A program made the position numbers and the translations under genes. The notes beneath the pieces are model-generated. The model ran no database searches, had not been told where the DNA came from, and saw only the letters and a program-made list of their open reading frames with translations. A stretch of 64,000 bases of DNA from Rhynchobatus australiae (taxonomy: Eukaryota), in NCBI GenBank assembly GCA_034780895.1, contig JAUZTB010000127.1:49942697-50006696 (forward strand), written 5' to 3'. Shown here piece after piece: positions 1 to 12,299 of the stretch (position 1 is the stretch's first letter; every line of letters begins with the position of its first letter).

Positions 1-121
1 GAACAGGAGAGGTTTAGAGGGCAATGGGCAAAATGCAGACAGATGGGACTAGCTCATTGGGCCAAAGTCAGCATGGATGAATTGGGCCAAAGGGCCTGTT
101 TCTATGCCGTATGACTCTATA
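1..121 (+). mobile_element. CR1/HER1-type LINE (or partner SINE) 3' tail
   Basis: Ends with GGGCCAAAGGGCCTGTTTCTATGCCGTATGACTCTAT, the typical elasmobranch CR1 3' UTR; related tails recur at ~13580, ~18190 and ~20750. Confidence 0.75.
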
Positions 122-854
122 ATATCCACACCCAGTCATGACCATGATTGGGCCGCTGATGTCAGCATCCATTACCAATTCTCCAAGGCTCTAATTAGGG
201 CTCATTTGTCAATATCAGCAGCATCCTTTAACCAAATGTTGGGCACTAATTAGACCTCCAAATCTGGCATCCAGCCCATGCTCAAATCAGACCTCTAATG
301 TCAGTACACCCTCAGACACCCATACCCAGGCTTCGTTCAGGCTTCCAATGTCAGCAGCCCCCACTTCTGTGGCCACAGTTGGGCAAGCAATATCAGAATC
401 ACTCCACCCAACACTCATTCCAGCCTCCCCACTCCGATCTGGCCTTGGTCACAAATGCTGCCTTGTCCTTTGAGTGCCTGCTCCACAGCATACTAATTCA
501 GTTTCAACCCAAGGAGTTTGTCTGCTTTCACACGGTAGGAAGATTTGTGTAAACTAATTGGCACAGTTTGAACTTGATTCACTCTGCATGTTTTTTGTGT
601 GCTACTCTTTTGTTCAAGAAATCTCCATAATTTTCTGTTGCTACATAAAAATAAAAATTAAACATGACAACAAAGTGAGGGGTAAGAGCCAAGGTCTATT
701 TACATCACACATGAATAATCTGATTGTACCTTTTGACATTCTAATCATCTCATAGCTGTAGGACTGCCTCAGCTGTGCACTGATGGAAATTACTTTACTT
801 GCAAGGATTTTCTTAGTGCTTTTAACCATATGTTCCTCTGTGCAAATGACTTAC

Positions 855-1210
855 CAAAGACTTCACCAGCACAGTAAGATCACTTGTTCGGGTAGTAGCA
901 ATGGAATTTTCAGGACAGTTTTGGGTTCAAACCAAGAGAAATTTCTATTGTAAACATCAAGATTTTGTAAAATGCTTCCACAATAAGCTACATTTTCTGG
1001 AGTGAAATTTATTCATACCAAGGACAATCTTCCCAGAATGTCTCTCTGAAGCAGAAATTGAGATTTCTAATACATAAGGAGTGCGGTGTTCCAAGCTACA
1101 GTTATCCATAACTGGCAGCACAAGTGTGCAGATAACCACCTTTAATGGTTAAAATCTGATTGTTAGTTTATTTGTATCCAGATTCTGCAATAAAATTGTC
1201 AGATGCCCTT
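855..1210 (-). other. Candidate exon (non-coding or terminal-type) of an unidentified minus-strand transcript
   Basis: Acceptor CATTTTCTCCTGTTTTTATTTCCAG| before 1210 and donor TTG|GTAAGT after 855. All three frames stop early; the phase-2 frame reads RASDNFIAESGYK*. Confidence 0.3.
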
Positions 1211-2334
1211 CTGGAAATAAAAACAGGAGAAAATGTAAAAATAAAGCACTGATAACCTTTGCTATGAATTGTACATCAGCAGCAAACTAGAAAAAATAGG
1301 AACACAAATCTGTAACAGTGTCTTATCCCATTACTCAGAATGAACCAAAGAATTTCTGATACCCCTGGCAATGAAAGTAAATGGTTGGCTGTACCTTCCA
1401 TTACATGAACTTTCTTAGATCAAGAGTTCTTTAGGAACAAATCCCTTTGTTAACCATGTGAGATCTGTACAATGAAATTCTTTGGAAGGGATTACTGCTA
1501 AAAATAAGTGATTTCTTGCAGACATCGAGGTCCCACAAACACTATGACTGTAACACTTATTATTGAGGGAGAAATTCCAGCCAGGTCATGGGATCATTAA
1601 CAACCAACTGATTTGGACCNNNNNNNNNNAAAATATAGTTTTTCAATATATATACTGTATACAATGCCATAATAAATGCTAAGTCACTCTGGTGCTGACA
1701 CAGTTACAAAAATAACCCCTGCATTCATCTGTTAATATGGTATTCACCATAGACATGTCTTTTTATATGAAAAAAAGCCTATTACATTGCTGCAAAATCT
1801 CATTTCTTTCACTGGAAGAAAACTATAATCCTGAATTTTGCTTCTATTTGGTTTCTTGGCAAATATATTCGTGCTATGGACAAATGAGGTGATAACTTGG
1901 CTCAGACTCAGCAAATGAGTTCAAGCTCCATTTCAGGCTGGCTTCACAGAGGAGAACAAAGGGAGCTGCCTAACTTCTGCCAAAGCCCCTTTCAGTGGTC
2001 TAAGAAACCAAGAAATTTTCTTGAGCAATGGTAAAACATTGCAAATTTGAAAGTTGCATTATGGCAGATTGAAGACATTTNNNNNNNNNNTGCTACTCAA
2101 TGTCTTAACACCCATCGCTGACATTCTATGGGCATTTTTAGGCAAGATTTTCACACTTGCTGTTCTTCCACTGTCAAGTTCATTCAAATATCATCACTGA
2201 TATCACTGCCCTGCATTAATAATACAGACCTACAAATGCTGCCTCACAGACACCACGTGCATCTACAAGTTGCAGAAGGCATACCAGGTCCCAGCATGCT
2301 ACATCTTATCTGCGAAGACTTCACAGAGAACCAT

Positions 2335-2795
2335 TTAGGCATAGAGTTATACAACATGGAAACAAACCACTCAGCCCACCATCTCCATGCTGACCAGCGG
2401 GCACCCATCCATATTAATCCTATCTTCCAGCTCACAGGCATAGGAGCCTAGGGCCAAGTGAATTAAATGCTCATCAAGACACTTCTTAAGTGCTGTCAGC
2501 ACTCTGCGTCCACCACTCTCTCTGGCAGTGTGTTCCAGTTACTCACCACTCTCTGGGTGAAAAAGATCCCCTTCAGATCCCCTCAAAATCTCTTAACCCT
2601 TACCTTAAATATATGTCCTCTAGTTTTATTCATCTCTGATAGGGGAAAAAGTTTCTTGCAGTCTATTCTATTTATACCCCTCATCATTCTGTATACCTCA
2701 ATCATGTCCCCTCTTAGCCTCCTCTGCTGCAGATAAAACAGACCTAGCCTCTCCAGTTTCTCCCCATAACTAAAATACTCCATCCCAGGCAACAT
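2335..2795 (-). mobile_element. CR1 LINE 3' end (ORF2 C-terminus plus 3' UTR)
   Basis: ORF 2583..2795 (MLPGMEYFSYGEKLERLGLF..RRLRGDMIEVYRMMRGINR) is the CR1 ORF2 C-terminal motif; the CR1 tail follows toward 2340. Confidence 0.9.
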
Positions 2796-3489
2796 CCATT
2801 CTCAGAGGAGACATGTCAACACAGCTTACACTCTACAAGACTGTCCTCACTCACATCTGTGATCTTATGAACCCCCAAAGCTCACACACACACACGTCTA
2901 GGCTGCTTTCACAGTTAAATTCAAGGTCACCATCATCTTCAACTTCCTAGTCTGCATTTGATGATAAGGTCAGTGACATTCTCTACTCCACAAGACTGGA
3001 CTTTGTCAACCATCAGAGTTGTCATGAACACTGGCCTGCATTACAGGCTTTCCCAAAGCACAGGCATTCATAGACAGCACTCATATCCTGACTGCAATGT
3101 TGTAAGGATACGAATGAAGTCTATGAGTAGCTATGACCCTAGAGGGTCACTGTGGCTTCTTTAAATAGAGGGCATCCCTCCCGTGGTGATGTGATTCAGC
3201 ATCCTCTCCGTGTCACTTGCACTGAAACTGCAGTCCTTGCCCTCAGGAATTATTAGTTCAGCTACCTACAAGTAGATACCATTCACCCGCAGCTGAAATG
3301 ATGTCGGTAGAGGTATTGTGCACGTGTGTCTTTAAGGACAGGTTGATGAGCTCTCAGTTATGTATCTACATGCTGTCAGTAATGTACATCATTTCTGAAT
3401 CACGAGGCAGCTATATTTTCTAAACTTGGCCAACAAACATCACAATTCTTTTAAGATACTTTATAACACTGAGAAACCAATGTAGACTA

Positions 3490-3730
3490 ATTTCTAGGCT
3501 AACAAATCTATGGTACTATTTGAACAAAAGGAAGTATCCTGATCTCTATCCAATGCTCATCTCCCAAATAACATCAGATTAATTATACATTAACTGCATG
3601 GCTACTAGTTGCATCTTGCTGAATAATGATGGCTGCTCTGCTCGTAGCTTCACAGCTACTGGACTCCAAGTTACCACAACGGCTTTGGGTACTTGAGAGG
3701 TTGGTACAGCTGTATATAAATGCAAGGTAT
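3490..3730 (+). mobile_element. Old Deu-domain SINE (SacSINE1/AmnSINE-like) 3' fragment
   Basis: Degenerate match to the DeuSINE 3' part, ending ..GCTTTGGGTACTTGAGAGGTTG..GCTGTATATAAATGCAAG. Confidence 0.45.
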
Positions 3731-5304
3731 AGCTCACAAACTATTATTTTTGATAACTAAAAGTTCAAACACGGTGTTTTAAAAAAACTGGGGTACTCAG
3801 TAAAATATATTTCTTCAATAAAAATGTGAGGTACAATGGATAACATGTTTCCACCGCATGGTAGCATTTGCCTGTGGTCATAAGNNNNNNNNNNNNNNNN
3901 NNNNNNNNNNNNNNNNNNNNNNNNNNNNNNNNNNNNNNNNNNNNNNNNNNNNNNNNNNNNNNNNNNNNNNNNNNNNNNNNNNNNTAAGACCTAAGAGTTA
4001 TTTCTCAAAATAATTTAATTTAACAGTAACACTTCACGTGACGATAGTTATTGCCTACAATTCTACCATCTCTCCCAGTTTTCGATTCAGATATGTTTTT
4101 GAGAGAAGCTGAATCGTGCTGATTGAGGCCAGCTGCTCCAAAGGGAACTGCTGGTATTCAGCCAATCCTCTACAGCTAAGTCCCAGATTTGGGAAAACCT
4201 GCTCTAAGTCCAGGACATGCTGAGTAACTGATGACTGACTCTGTCACTAGGCACCATGTGGACTTCTAAGTGAAGCTCCATCTTGCTGGGATTCCCTAGC
4301 ATTATACTCTCTGATCCTACACCAGTCATACATGGTGTGGATTTGGAGACCTCATTCAGATAATTGCAATTCCAGATCTGAAAATTGGTAGAAAGTAAAT
4401 TTATTTATTTAACATATATTTTAATATTTTCAGTTATTAATGCTTAACATGCTTTAATTAATTTTTAACTTAAAAATGAAAAAATATTTACAGCAATTTT
4501 AATCTTTTTAAACATCTCTGAATATCAGACACATGTAAAAACTGTAACTAGTACCTCCCAAGTCTTGACCGAAAGCANNNNNNNNNNNNNNNNNNNNNNN
4601 NNNNNNNNNNNNNNNNNNNNNNNNNNNNNNNNNNNNNNNNNNNNNNNNNNNNNNNNNNNNNNNNNNNNNNNNNNNNNGACCGAAAGCAAAGCTCCATCCC
4701 TAGCTTTTCCATCTGTCAAAACTGGGCTGTCAGGACATTCCAAAGGCTATTCGATGTGTTTCACTAGATGTCTCCTGGATGTGAAGGCTTGGCAAGATCC
4801 TGGGCCTAGTGAGTGTGGGAACGTAGGGACCAAGAGCAATGGGCCAAATCTAGTTTCATTCACTCCACTAAATCTTAAAACCCAACCTAGGCAGGATCAA
4901 TGACTGTACAACTTTCATACTGATTTAAAAATGTATTGTTATATTCATGGCCTAATATATTCTTGAATGACATTGAGCACGATGGTGACTATGTGGATTG
5001 TTAATAAGTTAAAAATGAGCAGTAGTGATGAATGATTATGAAGTTAAGACCGCAAAATGTAGAATGCAGATAAAATTAGTTGATGTGGTGAGTGTATTTG
5101 GTTTGAACATGCCCTTGGGCTTTGGACACCTGCATATTGTGCTCATGGAGTAAGACTGTTATTCTTACTGCATAATGTTATTCGGCCCTGCATAGTGCTT
5201 TCAGCTGCCCATCATTCATTACATTATTTGACAGCAATAAGATTTTGGCATTCAAAGCTATGATAGCACATATGTTTCCACTAGCACGCCAAAATGGCAC
5301 AGAA

Positions 5305-5500
5305 TAATAGAACACAGAATATAGCCTTTCGGCCCATCAAGATTGTGCCAACACTTTGAAAGTTTTTCAGTTAGCCTCTCCCACTTCTCAGTTTTCTCTG
5401 CATTGTCCTGAAAAATTGTCAAGTACTTCTAATTTCTTTCTATAAAAATTCAATCTGCTCCCACCAACAATGCATTTCAGATCATAACACTCTGAATAAA
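5305..5500 (-). mobile_element. Decayed CR1 3' tail
   Basis: ATAGAACACAGAATATAGCCTTTCGGCCCATCAAG..GTGCCAAC is the reverse complement of the CR1 tail. Confidence 0.55.
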
Positions 5501-5849
5501 ACATATCACCTACCTCATCAACTGTNNNNNNNNNNNNNNNNNNNNNNNNNNNNNNNNNNNNNNNNNNNNNNNNNNNNAATCAAAATAAATGACGCTGCAT
5601 TTGCATCAAGCACAAATGTAGAGCTTATAGAAGTGAAGCTTTGTATTTTGCTCAAACAGGTTAGTTATAAAAGATGACATAAGCTGTCAGAATCAGTGAC
5701 TGGTGAAACTCTCCTCAAGCTGTAAGGTAATATTTCTATTTGACTGGAATTTCAATTGGTAAAAATATTGCCATTGAGGTAGGATTGCTAGAAATCCCTT
5801 TTCCAGCAATCCTATCTCTAAACAATCCTTAGAGATCAGAAATCTCTTT

Positions 5850-6110
5850 GTATCAAGTATAGAAATCAAGGAACGAGTAGATGAATAGACAGGTCAGATG
5901 GATGGGTGGCTGAAGAAATAGTGCAGGAGAGAGGACTTTATATTCCTGGGTCATTGGGATCGTTTCCGTGGAAGATGGGATCTGTACAAAGCAGAGGTTA
6001 TACCTGAACCCGAAAGGTCTGATATCCTTACAGGGATGATATTTGTGGGTGGTTTGGGGGTAGGGGTTGCTGGAGCTCTTAGGAAGGGTTGAAAAAATTT
6101 AGCAAGGGAA
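5850..6110 (+). mobile_element. CR1 ORF1 esterase (SGNH-like) domain fragment
   Basis: Translates to ..GQMDGWLKK*CRREDFIFLGHWDRFRGRWDLYK.., characteristic of the vertebrate CR1 ORF1 esterase region. Confidence 0.75.
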
Positions 6111-6459
6111 TGGGACAGAGTAGGAGTAAAACCAGAAAATACTGGAGACACTCAGCAGATCAGTGCACATCTGTGGAAAGAGAAAATGTTTAAATTGCAG
6201 AGAAGATCGTGAGAGGGATGGATAGGACATAAGAAATATCTGAGATAGGGCAAGGCCAGGTCAAATGGCTTAATGGGGCAGTTAGAGGGTAATTGCACTT
6301 CTTTAGCTGTGTTATGTTTTGCTAACCAGTGGATAAGGCTGTACCAAAAGAGAAAGAAAAACTAAGCCAATATCGTAGTTGGATAATTTACAGTAGAAAT
6401 AGCCAGCTCTGGGAAAGAGTGTTACTGAATGAGGAAGAATTCCATATTTCATCCAAAGA

Positions 6460-6660
6460 CTCTTCTACACTAGACAAACCAAACTGAGGTTGGTTGATGG
6501 CTCCATGGAGCAGCTGCATTCAATCTGTAGAAGTGATCCTGAGCTTTTTGCTCACCTTCCACTTGAACTCACCACCTACTTCTAACTCTGATCTGTGTAC
6601 CTGCGGTCTCCCTTACCTTCCATCTGAGCATTTTGCAACCTTCCGGACTTGATGCATGGC
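6460..6660 (+). mobile_element. Penelope-like element, decayed GIY-YIG endonuclease fragment
   Basis: Resembles the Y.G.TK.RL.D.F.EHL.S...HFNSP..S.SDL region; similar to the better-preserved copy at 37.1 kb. An inverted pLTR piece lies at ~6128-6190. Confidence 0.5.
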
Positions 6661-8269
6661 ATAGCCATAGGGAATGTTTCTGTGCTCCATGACTCAAAGA
6701 TCCTTAACTCTCAGTAACCCAGTATTGAACTCCCAGTCAGCTTGGAATTCCCTTCCCTGCAGATTTTTAGTGAACAGGCAGCATATGAATTATCACTTTC
6801 AGGCAACCAGAATGGTCACAGAAGTAAAATAATGCAAATAGTTTTTTTAAACTTCCATTGGATTCAGCAGTGACAAAGCCATATAGGTGTTTTTCAGGGA
6901 AATACTGAGTAGCCATTGGGTACTTCACTGATTTTTTTTCTTTATCAGGGAATTTACCACTCATGGAGCTAAACTGAGATCAAGAGACACGTTGTATAAT
7001 GCAGAGATTCATGCAGATCTGCTCCCTAAGACACGACCTTTCATCTTGCATTCTCAGTATCCACTAAACTCTGGATCCTCCTGACACCTCCCAACTCCAG
7101 CTTTTGAAATCATCATTTAACCAGAAAGAACTCAATAATCTGCCAAATCCCTTTCTGTTACTTGCTTTCCAGTGAGTGAGGTCAATCAAATTCAAAACAA
7201 TTGATTATGGGTCGGTCAAAAATAAAAAGGAATGCCATAAAAAAGCAGAAACATATCAAAGCTCATTGTAATCTTGTGTCAATCAGACTGCTAAATCAAA
7301 ACACTAACAACAAAGGCAGCAATGCCATTTCCAATGAAATTGTTTACTGTCGTCTTGGACAATGGAATGATTATCCATNNNNNNNNNNNNNNNNNNNNNN
7401 NNNNNNNNNNNNNNNNNNNNNNNNNNNNNNNNNNNNNNNNNNNNNNNNNNNNNNNNNNNNNNNNNNNNNNNNNNNNNNACAATGGAATGATTATCCATTT
7501 CCCCCAAGAAAGTACATTAATTGCAAAGGTTATGTATCTACAAGCAATAAGATTGTTCAAAAAAAAAAGAGATCAGACTCCCAGAAAAGGAAAAAAAATT
7601 AAAGAGCATTCTAGGAAGTGTTTATAACAGACTTTGTAGACCAGTTACAATGAACTACTTTTGAAGAATTACAGCTGTATTGACCAATGTGGCAATTAAT
7701 TTGCCAAAACCTGTTTCATTAACAATGATGCAAGAAAGTTTAAAAATATGAACAATATGGCAAAAAAATTAATAGATTGTTACAAATATCTGCAAATTTG
7801 TCTTGCTGCTCTGTAACAGGTGTCAGTACAAAGTTACATGAATAGTTTTCAATTAACGAAAGAATGTTTGCAATAGCACCTTGCTTGTTTCTGTCCATGG
7901 AGAATAATGTCTTGCTTCACACAGATATTTTTGCTGTTCTCTTGCAAACGGTGACATTAATTAGATTTACTAGGACAGCAAAAGTGGAGGACAATGGATC
8001 ATGCATTTCATTTCAAAGGCACAACAGATTATGCATTGCATTTCCAGAGGACAATAGATTACACATCTTGTTTCCAACAGATGTGTTATGCATCTAATGA
8101 GTGAGACTTGATGTATCATTCTTTATATAATTTATTCAATAATTATTGAGCTTCATGTTTCACATTTTGACTTGATTTAACTAAACCGATTTTACTGGTG
8201 AAATTCTTACTGAGAATTCTGCAATGAAATAATTGGTAATTGGTTTATTATCTTCGCTTTGTTTTGCAT

Positions 8270-8570
8270 GCCACCCAGACAGTTCATTCCATACATATAT
8301 ACATCAAGGTAGTACAGAAGACCATATCAGTTTGCAGAATATAGTGCTACAGTTACAGAGAAAGTGCAGTGCAGGTAGACAAATAAGGTGGAAGGGCCAC
8401 GATGAGGTAGATTGACAGATCAAGAATTCGTCTTTATCATACAAGAGGTCTGTTCAAGAGTCCTACAACAGTGGGATAGAAGCTGTCCTTGAGCCTGATG
8501 GTATGTGTTTACAAGCTTTTATATTTTCTGCCCGATGGAAGGAAGAGAAAGTGACTGATGTGGGAGGGAT
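8270..8570 (-). mobile_element. Rex1/Babar-type LINE 3' end
   Basis: Reverse complement encodes ..LPSGRKYKSL..HTIRLKDSFYPTVVGLLN, similar to the C-terminus of the 59.5 kb copy. Confidence 0.65.
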
Positions 8571-8629
8571 CTTACAGAATTTTAATAGTTCCTTTTGAAA
8601 CTTCACAATGAACCTGATTGAACTTAGCC

Positions 8630-9100
8630 CAGCAGGTGGAGCAGCAAGATCTTATGAACCCACTAGAGGGTAATAACTAGTAATTCTGTTCAGAAGCTAA
8701 TGTGCAGAGTGAATATTGCCCATCTTGCCAGAGTAGCTCAGTGCATCTGTATTCATCATATAGGCTGAGGTATCTGGACAGTAATGAGGAAATGTCAAAG
8801 ATACTGCCTTTCAAATCTTGTGTTAAAATAAGACTTTTACAAATGGACATAAAAGATTTCACTGCACCTTCTCAAAAAGGGATGTGAGTGGGTTCTTCTG
8901 GAATTCTGGCCAATACAAGTTCCCCAATACTACCTAAAAGCAGATCTGCTTGTTATTTCAATTGTTGTTTGTAGATTCCTGTTGTGCCACATTTCCATTA
9001 CAACAAGGTCCACATTTCCAAAAGGAGTTGATTGGCTATGAACTGCTATAGGATGTCCAATGGTCATAAAAGGAGTTATATAGATACAATATTTTTTATT
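8630..9100 (+). mobile_element. Deu-domain SINE-like element, with a 5' segment duplicated at ~10055-10285
   Basis: Contains ACTGCCTTTC..GGACATAAAAGATTTCACTGCAC..CTGGCCAATA..GATTGGCTATGAA..AAAGGAGTTATATAGATACAA (DeuSINE body and tail). Confidence 0.6.
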
Positions 9101-10054
9101 CCATTAGTAAGTTTTGCTTTACGTCATTNNNNNNNNNNNNNNNNNNNNNNNNNNNNNNNNNNNNNNNNNNNNNNNNNNNNNNNNNNNNNNAACTTGAATG
9201 GGGCTGATTAAAATTTCAATGCCAATGATTCATGAATTTTGAAAATCAACTTTCTGTTAGTGAAAAGCATTTCTACACTGCATTAATTGGATTGCCTATG
9301 AGGTGGAAACAAAGGAGAGAAAACATCTATTTAATTTTAACTGCAGCAGTGAGCATCATGAATGCAGGTTGTGAAGAACCAAGGCAACAATTTCAAAGTG
9401 ATTTAAATTATAACTATTTCCTTCCTGTTCAATATTACAAGTGTGAACGGGTTACTGAAAGATATTGTAGCATGCTCCAAGTGTGGCCATGAGCACATGC
9501 ATGATGACAGTGCTATAGTGTGCCACCACTTTAGATGGTTACCAAATATTTATGGCACTGGTTAGTACACCTCAGAGACCATAGGGTGAAATCCTACAGA
9601 GTGAGTCATAAATTTAATACAATAAATCCATAAGGACAAATAGAAAAAAATACAATCATAATAGGCTCCACAATTCAGTGTGGCCTCTACACTGCATCAT
9701 TCAATGCGCTATTGTCATCCAGGCCACCACTGGATTGTAAAGGTGTGGAGGGCTAAGAACATAGTCCCCTTTCATTCAGCTGAGGTAAGAGTGGGACTGG
9801 AGAGTCTGCACGAGCCAATTCTGGGCAACATGACTGAGTCAACACACCCTAGCCCAGTATTGTACTTGGCAAAGTGTCTATGGTATGTGGAAAAGTACTA
9901 CAGGATGTGAAACACAATGCAAAATCCAAACTGCACTCACTGAAGAAAAATCAATGAAAAGCATGCCAATGTAAAAAGAAGTAGGAATTCTGTAATGTGA
10001 CAGACATACAAGTCACACAATACCTCCTGTACAATGAACCATCTCGAAGCACAG

Positions 10055-10285
10055 GATTGCAAGTGAAGCAGCAAGATCTCATGACATCACTGAAAATGAC
10101 ATGGCCAGTAATTCTGTTCAGAACCGAATATGCAGAGTGAACATTGCTCACCATATCAATATTCATTATAGAGGCTGACATTTCTTTGCAGCAATGAGAC
10201 TGCCCTGTCAAAAGGTACTGCTTTTCTCTATTGAGATTTTATCTGCTTTTGCAAATGGACATAAGAAGGTTTCACTGCACTGTTA
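10055..10285 (+). repeat. Diverged copy of 8635-8870
   Basis: Collinear shared blocks GCAGCAAGATCT, GTAATTCTGTTCAGAA, GCAGAGTGAA, CAAATGGACATAA, TTTCACTGCAC. Confidence 0.75.
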
Positions 10286-12299
10286 CAAATCCAACAAATT
10301 CCCCTCCACATTCAAAGAAACACTTTGTGCCCCTGTATATCCTTTCCATCCTGGAACCAAAGTGGTTTGATGTTTCATCAAGATACAAATCAGCCATCAT
10401 TTCATTGAATGCAGAACATTCTAGGTGCTGAAGAATCTATTCTTGTTCCCATGTTTCTATTCCCAGCAGCCACTTACCATCTTCCTTAATTCAACAGTCA
10501 CAAATATTCAATCTCTTTCCAGTATGAGCACAGCCTTTCTCTGTATTCCCAGACTTTTGCTGTGCTATGTTCTCAACCCCATTGATAAGATGCCCACATT
10601 CAATGAACAAGTGGCACTGTGGAAATATTTAATCTTCCTGGTAACCCAATTATCAGCCATTTGTAAGGTATCTTCAACGTCACAGATCATATCATTACAC
10701 TAGCATTCTATTTGTATGGCTAATTGGCATGTTCTCAACATATTTAATATACAATAATAAATGTTGACATACACATTGATGTAGTTTGCTTTCTGGTCAA
10801 ATGTTACATCTGCAATCTTCTAATATTTTGTAATACCCTTCATTTTTAATTACATCTGCCATTATGCTCCCAATGTGCGTTTCCACATATTTTGTGACAT
10901 TGAATATAAACAATGTTTCATCAACCTAACTTATTGAATCATACATTTTTCCAGATATCCTAGTTTCTCACAACACCTTGTATCTGCCACAAATTTACTG
11001 GACAGGTCTTTCAATGACCGGCAAGCCAACAAGTTTGGTGGCTTTCATGCCACTGTGCTCCTTCCAAGGTGCTTTCAGGCACATTCTTCCAAGGTGAGAC
11101 TAGCCCCAGTGATCGATGAGGCCTTAACAGGCAGGGGCTTTCTAACCATGATAAAATGACCCCAATCCAAATAAGCTTGACAGCTACTCAGGCTTGCACC
11201 TGTGTTTGCCCTAAGATCTTTCTCCAGATTTGTTGTGCATTGCTTGGCTAGTTTAAACAAAATGTTAAGCATATCTGATTTCTATGTCCAGACCCATGTG
11301 ACACAGAGCATCCTCACCCTTGTTGCCGGGCCTATCTGACACAAAGCATTTCCAATGATCCCCTTTCCAGTCCTGAGGTCTATCACTTTGTGCAGAACAT
11401 TCCCCACATTACAAAATAGTAATTCATTTTGCTCCTGTTATCTAAGTCAGGACTAAGACTGAAATAGCCCAGGTCTGATGGCTAGCCTCCCATCAGTTAG
11501 CCATGCAAATGTAATGACTCAAGGCCCACTAGTAGCTGGGTGCTGGCTGCAGACACAAGGATGAAATGATTTCACTGGGATGTTGAGGTCTCTGGGAGAT
11601 ATTATTGTTAAAGTGAAGGTCCCTACTGAACTACTGAGAAGCCAATCAGAAGATGTGCAAAAGGGAGTCTCAGCTCATTTACCTTTCAACAAGTTCTGGC
11701 AGTTAAGGGAATACCAATTCAGGTCATTGCAAGATATACCCCAATACGTGTTATTGCTCAATTACAAAATAGCTCTGCAATTTTAATTATTTCAGTTGTT
11801 GCATTACTTACATTGTTTAAATTATACACCAATCACGATATTGTATATTCCACAATTCTGTTGATTACTTCATTTATCGCTGGGGAATTGTTTTGATTCC
11901 TACAAAATTTATCCAACTTGCTATCCAGTTTCCAGCTCTTCCAAAGCTTTTGAAATGTCCTGTCACACTGTCAACCATCAAGCCATCAATAATCTCATTC
12001 TTTTTCATGAATTCTGTTACACAGCAAAAGACTCCAATGTAAATGACTAGCCTTTCAAAGTTTTGCCAATTTGAATTTAATGAAAATATTTCAGAAAGTT
12101 TTTTTAAACTATATTTCAAATTATTTTTAATTAGCAAGACATCTGGCCTATGGTTCTGAAGATTATATTGCTTTAAACACACAAATGAACACGTGCAATG
12201 ATGCTAGTGAAATTCTTAAGTTTTATTTAAACGAGTTATATTCAACATTGAAATTGATTATATTTAATATTGAGAAATGCATCGACTTACATATTGGAA

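Noticed and set aside
5775-5800. A bona fide let-7 gene
   Set aside because: Only the seed region matches; it lacks the GUUGUAUAGUU 3' half and the large let-7 loop. Kept only as a generic hairpin finding.
7359-7498. Direct repeats flanking ~100-N gaps (also near 4567/4678, 30911/31064, 31883/32042, 34658/34770, 38538/38651, 52990/53111)
   Set aside because: Identical sequence on both sides of a roughly fixed-size gap indicates unmerged overlapping contig ends, not biological repeats.
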